From Thermoanaerobaculia bacterium (GTDB lineage Bacteria; Acidobacteriota; Thermoanaerobaculia; UBA5066), in assembly GCA_038245905.1 (NCBI GenBank), contig JBBRRY010000022.1, positions 1 to 63,912 of the forward strand: a stretch of DNA of 63,912 bases. The letters run 5' to 3'. The notes under the pieces were generated by a model. It was not told the origin of the DNA. It saw only the letters and a list, made by a program, of their open reading frames with translations, and did not search any database. Position 1 is the stretch's first letter, and every line of letters begins with the position of its first letter. The translations under genes and the position numbers were made by a program. Shown here piece by piece: positions 27,671 to 37,717 of this stretch.

Positions 27671-30616
27671 ATGACCCGTAGTCTCGGAGTGAAGGTTGCC
27701 GCGCTGATCATGGTGATCTGCTGCGGCTCGCTCGCGCTCGCTCAATCCACGACCACCGCCCTGCGTGGCAAAGTCGAGAACGAGAACGCCGGCCTGCCCG
27801 GCGTCCTCGTGACACTGAAATCGCCCTCTCTGCAAGGCGAACGCACGGCCGCGACATCCGCCAGCGGCGACTACTCGTTCGCCGGCATCCCCCCCGGCGC
27901 TTACACGGTCACGTTCAGCCTTCAGGGCTTCCAGGCCGTGACGAAGCGGATCGCGCTCACGGCTGGCCAGCCCGCCACTCAGGACGTGGCGCTCGCGCTG
28001 TCGGGCATTTCGACCGCGACGACGGTCTCGGCCAAGGCCGAAACCGTCTCGACGACGACGCAGGCCTCGACGACGCTCACCTCCGAGCTCACGAGCAAGC
28101 TGCCGGTCGGACGCACGATCCTCGCGTCGGTCGAGCTTTCGTCGGGCCTGAGCCGGGTGCAGGGACTCGCAAACGCGGTGACGATTTCCGGCGCCCAGAC
28201 GTTCGACAACCTCTTCACGGTCGACGGCGCTGTCGTTCAGGACAACATCCGCGGCACGCCGAACAACCTCTTCGTCGAAGACGCGATCCAGGAGACGACG
28301 ACGTCCGTCAACTCGGTCTCCGCGGAGTTCGGGCGCTTCACGGGCGGCGTCATCAACACGGTGACGAAGTCGGGAGGCAACCAGTTCTCCGGCTCGTTCC
28401 GCACCTCGTTCGCCAATGACGCCTGGACCGCCGTCTCGCCTAAGAGCGAGACGCGCATCCAGAAAGTCAACCCGATCTACGAGGCGACCCTCGGCGGGCC
28501 GATCTGGAAGGACCATGTCTGGTTCTTCGGATCGGGCCGGCTCGCGAACACCACGGGCTCCGGCCAGACGTCCTTCACGAACACCCCCTTCGAAACGGGC
28601 AACGACCAGAAGCGGTATCAAGGCAAGGTCACGCTGACTCCCTTCGCGAGCCAGACGTTCGCGGTCAACTACCTGAAGGTCACTCAGGAGGAGAAGGGTA
28701 ACTTCTTCGGGACGATCCTGGACCTCGACAGCCTCGTAACCCGCCAGCTCCCGCAGGAGATCCTGACGGCGAACTACAACGGCGTCATCACGAGCAATTT
28801 CTTCCTCGAAGGGCTTTACTCCCGCCGCAAGTTCTCGTTCGAGAACTCCGGCTCGCTCTACACGGACATCATCAAGGGCACGCTCATGCGCGACCGTTCC
28901 CGCGGAAACGCGCGCTACAACGCGCCGACGTTCTGCGGCGTGTGCGACCCGGAAGCCCGCGACAACAAGGACTTCCTCGTCAAGGGCACGTACTTCCTTT
29001 CGACCGGCAACCTCGGCTCGCACAACATCGTCCTCGGGTACGACCACTTCGCCGGGTCGCGCAAATCGAACAACTACCAGTCGGGCAGCAACTACCGTCT
29101 CTTCGGGACCGGAGCAATCTTGGCGAACGGGGACATCTACCCCGTCATCGACAGCACCTCGTATATTTACTACACGCCGATCGACACGCTGAGCCAGGGA
29201 TCCGACGCCCTCACGCACTCGGTGTTCCTCAATGACGCCTGGCGCGTGAGCGACCGCCTCTCCGCGAGTCTCGGCGTCCGGTACGACAAGAACAACGCGG
29301 CAGACAGCCGCGGCGTCATCACCGCGAAAGACAGCGCGCTCAGCCCGCGCTTCGCGCTGCAATTCGACGTGACGGGAAAGGGCTCCGTCAAGGTGGGCGC
29401 GAGCTACGCCAAGTACGTCGGGGGCATTCAGGAGAACATCCTCGACAGCGCCTCGAACGCCGGGCGGAACTCGACCTTCTACTGGTACTACACGGGCACG
29501 GGCGCCACGCCCATCAACGTCAACCCTCCGGCCGGCGCCACGCTCGTGACGCGCGCCCAAGCCCTCCAGCAGGTCTTCAACTGGTTCTTCGCGAACGGCT
29601 GCCCGAATCTCCAGACCTGCAAGCTTCCCCTCGGCGGCGCGGCCGTGGCGGGCCTCAGCACTCAGATCCCGGCTGACGGAATCGGCTCGCCCTATGCGAA
29701 CGAGTACACAGTCGGCGCAAGCGGCTCCATCGGAGCGTTCTCGTACCGGGCCGACGTCGTCCGGCGCGAATTCAAGGACTCCTACTACACGCTCCTCAAC
29801 CTCGGCACGGGAAGCGCCGCGGATGCCTTCGGCCACAAGTTCGACGTCGGCATCCAGGGGAACACGAACGATCTCGTCCGCAATTACACGGGCCTCCAGA
29901 CGCAGTTCCAGTACCGGGCGGGACGCCTGACGATGACGGCGAACTGGACGTGGTCCCACACGCTTGGCAACAACGACGGCGAAACCTCTGCCAACGGCCC
30001 GGTGACGTCCGCGTTCAAGACCTATCCCGAGTACAAGGACCCGGCCTGGAACAACCCGACCGGCTCTCTCGTCAGCGACCAGCGCCATCGCGTCAGGATC
30101 TTCGGATCGTACGATCTGCCCTTCGTCCCGCAGAGGATCGGCGCCCTCTCGCTCGGCGTCGTCCAGTCGTATGACACCGGAGCCCCCTACGGCGCGGTCG
30201 GCCTCGTCCGCTCGACGCTGTCCGTGACAAACCCGGGCTATAACACTCCGCCCACGTCGGTCGCGTACTACTACACGGCGCGCGACGCGTTCCGTACCGA
30301 CGACATCAAGCGGACGGACCTCTCGTTGAACTTCGCGACGAAGATCGGCCCGGTCGAGATCTTCGTCCAACCCCAGGTCATCAACGTGTTCAACAACCAG
30401 GGGAAGATCGGCGTCGACGCGACCGTGCAGACGCGGGCGAACACGACGGGCTACCTGGACTTCAACCCGTTCACGACGGTCCCCGTTCAGGGCGCCCGCA
30501 ATACGACCACCCCGACGGCGAACTGGAACTACGGTCCGCTTTTCGGCCAGGCCCGCAACGTGAACGACTACCAGCTGCCGCGCACGTTCCAGGCGACGGT
30601 GGGAATCCGCTTCTAG
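27671..30616 (+). CDS. TonB-dependent receptor (Oar-like, carboxypeptidase-regulatory N-domain)
   Basis: Signal peptide, LPGVLVTL...G.YSF..PPG.YTV, SAEFGRFTGGVINTVTKSGGN and terminal PRTFQATVGIRF; GAGGAG SD. Confidence 0.92.
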   Translation: MTRSLGVKVAALIMVICCGSLALAQSTTTALRGKVENENAGLPGVLVTLKSPSLQGERTAATSASGDYSFAGIPPGAYTVTFSLQGFQAVTKRIALTAGQPATQDVALALSGISTATTVSAKAETVSTTTQASTTLTSELTSKLPVGRTILASVELSSGLSRVQGLANAVTISGAQTFDNLFTVDGAVVQDNIRGTPNNLFVEDAIQETTTSVNSVSAEFGRFTGGVINTVTKSGGNQFSGSFRTSFANDAWTAVSPKSETRIQKVNPIYEATLGGPIWKDHVWFFGSGRLANTTGSGQTSFTNTPFETGNDQKRYQGKVTLTPFASQTFAVNYLKVTQEEKGNFFGTILDLDSLVTRQLPQEILTANYNGVITSNFFLEGLYSRRKFSFENSGSLYTDIIKGTLMRDRSRGNARYNAPTFCGVCDPEARDNKDFLVKGTYFLSTGNLGSHNIVLGYDHFAGSRKSNNYQSGSNYRLFGTGAILANGDIYPVIDSTSYIYYTPIDTLSQGSDALTHSVFLNDAWRVSDRLSASLGVRYDKNNAADSRGVITAKDSALSPRFALQFDVTGKGSVKVGASYAKYVGGIQENILDSASNAGRNSTFYWYYTGTGATPINVNPPAGATLVTRAQALQQVFNWFFANGCPNLQTCKLPLGGAAVAGLSTQIPADGIGSPYANEYTVGASGSIGAFSYRADVVRREFKDSYYTLLNLGTGSAADAFGHKFDVGIQGNTNDLVRNYTGLQTQFQYRAGRLTMTANWTWSHTLGNNDGETSANGPVTSAFKTYPEYKDPAWNNPTGSLVSDQRHRVRIFGSYDLPFVPQRIGALSLGVVQSYDTGAPYGAVGLVRSTLSVTNPGYNTPPTSVAYYYTARDAFRTDDIKRTDLSLNFATKIGPVEIFVQPQVINVFNNQGKIGVDATVQTRANTTGYLDFNPFTTVPVQGARNTTTPTANWNYGPLFGQARNVNDYQLPRTFQATVGIRF

Positions 30617-30634
30617 GCTTTCTCTAGGTTTCTC

Positions 30635-30665
30635 CGGGGGAGGCCCGCGGGCTTCCCCCGATTTC
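30635..30665 (+). terminator. Intrinsic terminator after the TonB receptor
   Basis: Hairpin CGGGGGAGGCCC-GC-GGGCTTCCCCCG followed by ATTTC. Confidence 0.7.
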
Positions 30666-30753
30666 AATCCTCGATCTTCGGAGCCGGAGACCTCTCCGGC
30701 TCCTTTTCTTTTCGGCTCCTCTGGTCCATGCCGAGCTGCGGTACCCTTCGGGC

Positions 30754-32991
30754 GTGCCGCGACGCGTCTCGCTCCTCACGATCTGCCTCGCGGCCGTTCT
30801 CGGCGCCGCGTGCGGCCGAGGCCCCGGCGCCGGCCACCTGGGCCAGACGTTTCCGGCGGCTCCCGTCATCCTCATCAGCGTCGATACTCTGCGCTCGGAC
30901 CACCTTCCGTTTTACGGGTACAAAGGCGTCGAGACGCCGGCCCTCTCGGCCCTTCGGAGCGACTCCATTCTCTTCGAGAAGGCCTACTCCCATGTGCCGC
31001 TGACGCTCCCCTCCCACGCCTCCGTCTTCACGGGGCGCCTCCCGGCGGAGCACGGCATTCACGACAACCTCGGCTACCACCTGAAGCGCAATGTTCCGAC
31101 GCTCGCGGAGCTCCTGAAAAAGGGCGGATACGCCACGGGCGGCGCCATCTCCTGCTACGTGCTCAAGGGCGACAGCGGCATCGCCCGAGGATTCGACTTC
31201 TACGACGACGAGGTGGACTCGCCGGAGGCGAAGGCCGCGCTCGGGCGCGTCCAGCGCGCCGGTGCCGACACGGAGAAGAAGCTCGAGGCGTGGGTGGGAG
31301 CGCAGTCCGGAAAGCCGCTGTTCGCCTTCCTCCATCTCTACGAGCCCCACACCCCGTACGAGCCGCCCGAGCCCTTCAAGACCCGCTATGCGTCCGTACC
31401 GTACGACGGAGAGGTCGCCGCCGCCGACGCGATCGTGGGGACCTTCCTGTCGTTCCTGAAGCGGAAGGGAATCTACGACAAGGCGCTCGTCGTCTTCCTG
31501 TCGGACCACGGTGAGGGCCTCGGGGAGCACGGCGAGGCCGAGCACGGGATGTTCCTGTACCGGGAGACGCTTCAAGTGCCCCTCCTCGTGAAGCTCCCCG
31601 GAGCGACGAGAGGAGCGAAGAGCGCCGGCACGTCGGTCGCGACTCCCGTCGCCCTCAGCGATGTCTTCACGACGGTCGGGCGGGCCGTCGCGCTCGCGGA
31701 CTTCCGCCCGCCCGACGGAACCGTCTCCCTCGTCGATCTCGCGGCGGGCGTCAACTCCGCGCCGCCCGCCGCACGGCGCCTCCTGTCCGAGACGTTTTTC
31801 CCGCGCGTCCATTTCGGCTGGAGCGAGCTGAGCTCGCTGATCGAAGGCCGCTGGCACTATATCGAGGCACCACGCCCGGAGATCTACGACCTCGAGACGG
31901 ACCCTTCCGAAACGAACAACCGGATCGCCGAGAAACCCGATGCCCTCCGTGCGCTGCGCGCGGATCTCCTCAAGAGGAAGCCCTCGTTCGAGACTCCGCT
32001 CGATGTCGACAGCGAGGCGCGCAAGAAGCTCGCCTCGCTCGGGTATCTGAGCGCAGGCCCATCACCCGCTGGCACTCTCGACGATCCGAAAGACCGGATC
32101 AAGACGTTCGAAGCGCTCCGCACCGGTCTCGGCGAGATGACGGGAGGCCGCCAGGAGAAGGCCGTCGAGATCTTCGACCGTCTGCTCAAGGAAAATCCGC
32201 GCATGCTCGACATCTGGGACATGAAGTCCCGGGCACTCTTGGAGCTGGGACGATCCCAAGAGGCGCTGGAAGCGCTCGAGAAAACGATTCAGATCGCTCC
32301 CGAAGCGGCGCGAGCGCCTTACATCACCGAGGTCGCGAACCTCTGCCTGCAGCTGGGGAAGTGGGACGAAGGCCTGAAGCACGCCGAGGCGCTTCGCCTC
32401 CTGGGCGACCCCGGCGCCGAAGACATCGCCGCCCGAGCCGCCCTCGGGAAGGGCGACTATGCCGCGGCGGAGGTGGCCGCCCGGAAGGCCATGGAATCGG
32501 GCAAGGGTAAGGCGCGCGTCCGCGGCTGCCTCGTTCTCGGCCGGCTCGCCGTGAGGCGAAACGACCTCGCCGCCGCGAAGGGATTCTCGGAAAAGGCGGA
32601 GGAGCTCTCCGCCGGAGACAAGCTCCCGCAGTCCGGCATGCACATGCTGCGTGGCGACGTCCTCGCGCGCTCCGGCCGAGCGGCGGAGGCGGAGAAGGAA
32701 TTCCTGGAGGAGCTGCGGCTCTACCCGGACCGCACGGACGCCCGCGTCTCCCTGTCGGCCCTTTACGCCTCTGCGGATCGGAGGCAGGACGCGCGCCGGG
32801 TGATCATCGAGCTCGTCTCACGCCAGCCGACGCCCGAGGCCTTCCTTCTGGGGATGAAGACGTTTCGTTCGACCGAGGATTCCGAGGGAGAGCTCCAGCT
32901 TCGCAAGGAAGCGCGGCGGCTCTTCCCCGGGGACCCCCGGTTCGGGGCAGCTGCTACTTCTTCTTCGGCGGCAAGACCCCGGTCACGGTAA
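30754..32991 (+). CDS. Sulfatase-like (alkaline phosphatase superfamily) lipoprotein with TPRs
   Basis: Lipobox-like LGAAC, ILISVDTLRSD, PLTLPSH, HLYEPH, SDHGEG and L.SLGY, then TPRs. Overlaps the next gene by 38 bp. Confidence 0.88.
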   Translation: MPRRVSLLTICLAAVLGAACGRGPGAGHLGQTFPAAPVILISVDTLRSDHLPFYGYKGVETPALSALRSDSILFEKAYSHVPLTLPSHASVFTGRLPAEHGIHDNLGYHLKRNVPTLAELLKKGGYATGGAISCYVLKGDSGIARGFDFYDDEVDSPEAKAALGRVQRAGADTEKKLEAWVGAQSGKPLFAFLHLYEPHTPYEPPEPFKTRYASVPYDGEVAAADAIVGTFLSFLKRKGIYDKALVVFLSDHGEGLGEHGEAEHGMFLYRETLQVPLLVKLPGATRGAKSAGTSVATPVALSDVFTTVGRAVALADFRPPDGTVSLVDLAAGVNSAPPAARRLLSETFFPRVHFGWSELSSLIEGRWHYIEAPRPEIYDLETDPSETNNRIAEKPDALRALRADLLKRKPSFETPLDVDSEARKKLASLGYLSAGPSPAGTLDDPKDRIKTFEALRTGLGEMTGGRQEKAVEIFDRLLKENPRMLDIWDMKSRALLELGRSQEALEALEKTIQIAPEAARAPYITEVANLCLQLGKWDEGLKHAEALRLLGDPGAEDIAARAALGKGDYAAAEVAARKAMESGKGKARVRGCLVLGRLAVRRNDLAAAKGFSEKAEELSAGDKLPQSGMHMLRGDVLARSGRAAEAEKEFLEELRLYPDRTDARVSLSALYASADRRQDARRVIIELVSRQPTPEAFLLGMKTFRSTEDSEGELQLRKEARRLFPGDPRFGAAATSSSAARPRSR

Positions 32992-34504
32992 AGGTCGCGG
33001 AGGCCTCGACCGTCTTCTGCGCGACCTGGTCCGTGATCGCCACCTTCAGCTCGTAGTCGCCCGGCTTTCTCAGATACTCGCCCAGATTCGCCTGGATAAC
33101 CTCCGCGGCCACGTCGAGCGAAATGAGCTCCGTTCCACCCTTCGAGTCCGGCACGGCGACGGGTTCGTCGGCGGGCTGGGGCACGTCCATGGCCGGGGCG
33201 CCCTTCGGCTTGATCTTCACCGTGCGCGAAATCCGGATCGTTTTCGTGGCGGTGTCCACCTTCGGGTTGTAGACCCGTATGACGAAGAGGAGACCGTCCT
33301 GGGGGTCGAGCCGGCCGCCCTTCGTCACGAAGTGATTTCCGCTCATGGTGAAAGCTTCGTCCGTCTTCCCCTTCGCCGCCTGGGAAATACTCGCCGCGAC
33401 GACGAGCGGCGACAGCGAGAAGTCCTTCCCGGCCGAGGCGACGGACACCTTGCGCCTCGCCGGGAAAACGAGCTTCCCCGACCCGTCGAATACTCCGACG
33501 GCGACGGTATAGGAGCCCGCCGGAACGGCGAACGCCCGGGACGTGACGGATCCCCCGGCCGTGGCCTCGAGCGCCGTCGTCTCTTCGGCGCGAACGGCGT
33601 CGGCTCCGGCTTCGTCTCTCACGAGAATCGCCAGCTTCGAGTCCGCCCCTGGCGTCCCGGCAGACGACGGCACGAAAAGCTGAACCTCGAGCCGCGATTC
33701 CCCGTCCCGCCCGATGATCGGAAGGAGAGAGAGCTGACCCGTATCCTCCTTGGCCAGGAGACCTTCGAGCGCTTCCCGAACGGACGTCGTCAGGACCGGC
33801 CCCTTCAGCGCCTCGGCCGCGACCGCCTCGGCCGCCTTGCGGTCGGTCTCGAGCTCGGCGGCCGTCTTGAAGTGCGGAGCCTCCTTGAGCGACGGATTCC
33901 GGATCGACGCCTGGCGCGCCTTCGTCTCGAGGCGCCGCACCTCCCCACCTCCGCTCCCGCTGATGTAATCGGAAGACGACTCGACGACGAACTCCGCCCG
34001 GAGGGACTTCACCCCGGCCCACTCGGGGAGCTGCACCGCGTCGTAAATGAAGGTCGCGAGAGACTCGCCGATCGACGTGCCCGGATCGTTCGGCGGCGGG
34101 ATCTGCCCGGGAGGGGCGAGCGGCTGCGACTTGATGCCGGTCACGCGCAGCAGGTTCTTCGGCGGGCCGACGAGGACGTAGAGCTTGCCACGCTCGGTGA
34201 GCGCGCCGCGGGTCCTCGGCAACGCGAAAAGCTGGTCGGCCTCCTTCACGCGCTGGTCGAAGGCGATCTTGAACTCGTTCACCGGCGTCTTCAGGTCCGG
34301 ATCGCGCTTCGCCCAGAAGAGCTGGATGAAGCGCTCGGCCTCCTCGTCGGAAGCGATCTTCTTCCATTCCTTCTGCTCGGATTCGACGGCGAGGCCGACG
34401 AACTCGGGAGACTTGTTCCAGTCCTTGTACTTTTCGGGTCCGGCTCCGCTGGCACCGGCGGCGAGAAGAAGGACGAGCGCGAACGAAGCGCGGCGAAGGA
34501 TCAT
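32954..34504 (-). CDS. GWxTD domain-containing protein (paralog 2)
   Basis: FIQLFWAKRDPDLKTPVNEF...GALTERGKLYVLVGPP; similar along its length to 25779-27332. Confidence 0.82.
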   Translation of the reverse strand: MILRRASFALVLLLAAGASGAGPEKYKDWNKSPEFVGLAVESEQKEWKKIASDEEAERFIQLFWAKRDPDLKTPVNEFKIAFDQRVKEADQLFALPRTRGALTERGKLYVLVGPPKNLLRVTGIKSQPLAPPGQIPPPNDPGTSIGESLATFIYDAVQLPEWAGVKSLRAEFVVESSSDYISGSGGGEVRRLETKARQASIRNPSLKEAPHFKTAAELETDRKAAEAVAAEALKGPVLTTSVREALEGLLAKEDTGQLSLLPIIGRDGESRLEVQLFVPSSAGTPGADSKLAILVRDEAGADAVRAEETTALEATAGGSVTSRAFAVPAGSYTVAVGVFDGSGKLVFPARRKVSVASAGKDFSLSPLVVAASISQAAKGKTDEAFTMSGNHFVTKGGRLDPQDGLLFVIRVYNPKVDTATKTIRISRTVKIKPKGAPAMDVPQPADEPVAVPDSKGGTELISLDVAAEVIQANLGEYLRKPGDYELKVAITDQVAQKTVEASATFTVTGVLPPKKK

Positions 34505-34559
34505 GAAAGCCCCCTTCCGAAGGACAGACGAGTCGAAAATTCTAACCCCTCTCGAGCCC

Positions 34560-35021
34560 TCAGCGCCCCTGAAGTTTGCGGCCCTCTTCGAGCCAATTCT
34601 TGAGGTCGGAGAGCATGCGCTCCCAGCCAGGTCCGAGCCGGTCGCGATAATCGGCCCCGGCCGGGGATCCCTCGAAGCCCGACTGCGTCACCGTGACGCA
34701 CGTTCCCCCCTCGAGCTTCTCGAACTCCACGACGAGGCGCATGGGGCCGAAGGACTCCCCTTCGGGTGTCGAGAACATCAGGCTGGACACGACGAACCGG
34801 CGGCCCGGGTCGAAGACCTCGAACTGACCGATCGAGCTGTACCCGGTGTTCGAGTCCTGGTCGGCGTACCAGCCGAGCCCCCAGTTTCCGCCCGGCCGAG
34901 GCCCGATCACAGCCCCGTCCGCAAGCCACGCGAGAACGTCGGAAAGCTCCACGAAGGCGTCGAAGGCGCGCTCGGGAGAAACGCGCACGAGAACATCCCG
35001 GGTGACCGAATCTTCCCCCAC
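34560..35021 (-). CDS. SRPBCC/AHSA1 domain protein
   Basis: SPERAFDAF...W, RPGG.W, PGRRFV, GT.VTVTQSGF and GWERML.DLK. Confidence 0.85.
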   Translation of the reverse strand: MGEDSVTRDVLVRVSPERAFDAFVELSDVLAWLADGAVIGPRPGGNWGLGWYADQDSNTGYSSIGQFEVFDPGRRFVVSSLMFSTPEGESFGPMRLVVEFEKLEGGTCVTVTQSGFEGSPAGADYRDRLGPGWERMLSDLKNWLEEGRKLQGR

Positions 35022-35110
35022 GGGGGAATGCTACCGCGTGCGAGAATCCGCGCCGCCATGGATGAACGAGAGAAGAATGAGACGCACGCCCACGAGGGGA
35101 GCGCCGCCGC

Positions 35111-37186
35111 GTGATTCCCGGTCTCAAGCGTGAGCTGGAAGGCGCCATTTCGGAGGCGTGCCTCCGTGTTTTCGGCGTTCCCGCTCCACGCATCGTCCTC
35201 GAGACGCCCCCGAAGGTCGAGCAGGGCGATCTCGCCTGCCCGGTCGCCTTCGAGCTCGCGAAGGTCCTGAAACGGCCGCCGCGGAAGATCGCGGAAGAGC
35301 TGGCCCCAGCCCTCGTTCTGCCCGGGGTCGTCGTCAGGCGCTCGATCGAAGGCGGAGGCTACGTCAATTTCTTCCTCGATCGCCCGCGCGTTCTTCGGGA
35401 AATGCTCACGGCGGGAGGCGCGGCCCCGGAACAGGAAGCGGGCGCCGGGAAGCTCATCGTCGAGCACACGAACATCAATCCGAACAAGGCTGCTCACATC
35501 GGACACCTCCGGAATGCCGTCCTCGGCGACGTCCTCGTGAGCACCTTCAAGCGCCTCGGCCGAAGGGTCGAGATCCAGAACTATCTCGACGACACGGGCG
35601 TCCAGCTGGCGGACGTCGTGGTCGCGCTCGAGAACGCCGGCGACCTCGTCGAGCCCGCGCGGGCGCGCCGCCTCGCCGACGAGATTAGAGAGATCCTGGA
35701 CGCCTTTCCCGAGCATGCCCCGGGCGTCGAGCCGCGCCGCCTCGGCGACCTCGCGTGGGACCTCTACGCGCTCGCCGGGAAGAGCTACGCGGCGGACCCG
35801 ACGCTCGAAGAGAAGCGCAAGGCCACGCTCCACGCGATCGAAGGCGCCGCGACGGGCCACGAACAGACGCCGGAAGAGGCCGCCACGGCCGATCTCGCGG
35901 GGCGCCTGGCCGAAGCGGTGGTTCGCTGCCACCTCTTCACGATGGAGCGTGTGGGCGTCACCTACGACCTCCTCCCGCGCGAGAGCGACATCCTCGCACG
36001 CCGTTTCTGGTTGAAGGCCTTCGAGCTCCTGAAGGCGTCGGGCGCCGCGCGGCTCGAGACGGAAGGCAAGAACGCGGGCTGCTGGGTCATGCCTCTCGAA
36101 GGCTCGCCGGATTTCGAGGGAATGGAGGACGCCGACAAGGTCCTCGTGCGGTCGAACGGCACGGTCACGTACACGGGGAAGGACGTCGCCTACCAGCTCT
36201 GGAAGCTCGGCGTCCTCGGGATCGACTTCGAATACGAGGAAGTTCCCTACCGGGACGTCGACGGCTCACCCGAGTTCCATGCCTCGGATGGCGTCTCTCC
36301 GCTCTACAGGACGCGCCGGGACGAGCGCGGCGCCGACCCTTCGGCGCGCGGCCGGTTTGGAAAGGCCGTCTCTGTCATCAACGTCATCGACGTCCGGCAG
36401 TCCTATCCCCAGAAGGTCGTCAAGGAGGCGGTGCGGCGCGCCGGCTTCCCGGAGGCGGCCGACCGATCCGTCCACTTCGCGTACGAGATGGTGGCCCTGA
36501 CGCCAGCCTCGGCGGAGGCGCTCGGCGTGGAGCTCACCGACGAGGACCGCGCGCGCCCCTTCGTCGAGATGTCGGGCCGGAAGGGGCTCGGCGTGAAGGC
36601 CGAGGATCTCCTCGACCGGCTCGTCGAGAAGGCGAAGGAGCAGATCCTCTCGCGCGGGGGCGAACCTCCCGAAACGGGCCGGGCCGAGTCGATCGCAGTC
36701 GGCGCGCTCCGCGTGTACATGACCCGCTTCTCACGGAACAAGATCATCGCTTTCGACTTCGACGAGGCGCTCGCCTTCGAGGGCGATACGGGACCTTATC
36801 TCCAATATGCCGCCGTGCGCGCCGCGAACATCTTCAGGAAGCTCGAGGAGACGGGCCTCACGGGGCGCCTCGACGCCGCCGAGATCGACGGGCTCTCCCA
36901 ACTCCCCGCATCGGCGCTCGACGACGGGTTGTGGGACGTCGTGAGGACCTGCTCCCGCACGCTCGACACGCTCGAGAAGGTCGCCGAGTCGCTCGAGGTC
37001 TCGCTCCTCGTCCGGCACGCGCTCGCGGTCGCCGCGGGCTTCCACCACCTCTATCACACGCATCCCATCGCGCAGGAGAAGGACGAGACGACCCGGCGTG
37101 CCCGGCGCGCCACCCTCCAGGTCGTCTCCGTGCATCTCGCGGACCTCCTCGGCGTGCTCGGCGTCCCGATTCCCGGAAGGATGTGA
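35111..37186 (+). CDS. argS: Arginine--tRNA ligase
   Basis: VEHTNINPNKAAHIGHLRNA, EMSGRKG, GDTGPYLQYA and terminal LGVPIPGRM. Confidence 0.95.
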   Translation: MIPGLKRELEGAISEACLRVFGVPAPRIVLETPPKVEQGDLACPVAFELAKVLKRPPRKIAEELAPALVLPGVVVRRSIEGGGYVNFFLDRPRVLREMLTAGGAAPEQEAGAGKLIVEHTNINPNKAAHIGHLRNAVLGDVLVSTFKRLGRRVEIQNYLDDTGVQLADVVVALENAGDLVEPARARRLADEIREILDAFPEHAPGVEPRRLGDLAWDLYALAGKSYAADPTLEEKRKATLHAIEGAATGHEQTPEEAATADLAGRLAEAVVRCHLFTMERVGVTYDLLPRESDILARRFWLKAFELLKASGAARLETEGKNAGCWVMPLEGSPDFEGMEDADKVLVRSNGTVTYTGKDVAYQLWKLGVLGIDFEYEEVPYRDVDGSPEFHASDGVSPLYRTRRDERGADPSARGRFGKAVSVINVIDVRQSYPQKVVKEAVRRAGFPEAADRSVHFAYEMVALTPASAEALGVELTDEDRARPFVEMSGRKGLGVKAEDLLDRLVEKAKEQILSRGGEPPETGRAESIAVGALRVYMTRFSRNKIIAFDFDEALAFEGDTGPYLQYAAVRAANIFRKLEETGLTGRLDAAEIDGLSQLPASALDDGLWDVVRTCSRTLDTLEKVAESLEVSLLVRHALAVAAGFHHLYHTHPIAQEKDETTRRARRATLQVVSVHLADLLGVLGVPIPGRM

Positions 37187-37188
37187 GC

Positions 37189-37704
37189 ATGCCGGGCGCG
37201 GACGTCGTCTACCAGGCCCGCGGCGCCGACGCTCTTGTCGCCGTGCGGGCATTCGTGGAGCGGCTCGTCTCGGAGGAGTACGACGCGGTCGTCGCGCGCT
37301 TCGTGCAGAACGAGGCCGCGTCGATCGCGAGAGATTTCGACGCCGGGCGCGATGCCCTCCTGACGGCCGAGCGCGACGGCCGGCTCGTGGGCGTGCTCCT
37401 CGTGACCCGCGACCTTGTCGACCCGGCCGCCGCGCGCTTCAACTGGCTCGTAGTGGACGCTTCCGAGAGGAACGGAGGGGTGGGCCGTGAGCTGCTCTTC
37501 CGCGGCATCGAGGCCTGCCGGGAGCGGCGGCTGCTGCTCCTGCGCGCGCGCTCGTTCGCCGGCTCGCCCGCAGGACCTCATCTTTACTGGCTATACGGAT
37601 TCCGGGTCGTGGGCCTCGTCCCGGTGACGGTCGGCGAAGCCACTCGCGAATCGATCCTCTTCGAGAAGCGCCTGAGTCCGCCCGCCCTTTCGTCCGAGGC
37701 CTAG
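37189..37704 (+). CDS. GNAT family N-acetyltransferase
   Basis: AERDGRLVG, LVVDASERNGGVGRELL and LYWLYGF; 2 bp after argS. Confidence 0.8.
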   Translation: MPGADVVYQARGADALVAVRAFVERLVSEEYDAVVARFVQNEAASIARDFDAGRDALLTAERDGRLVGVLLVTRDLVDPAAARFNWLVVDASERNGGVGRELLFRGIEACRERRLLLLRARSFAGSPAGPHLYWLYGFRVVGLVPVTVGEATRESILFEKRLSPPALSSEA

Positions 37705-37717
37705 CCTTCGCCCGGAA

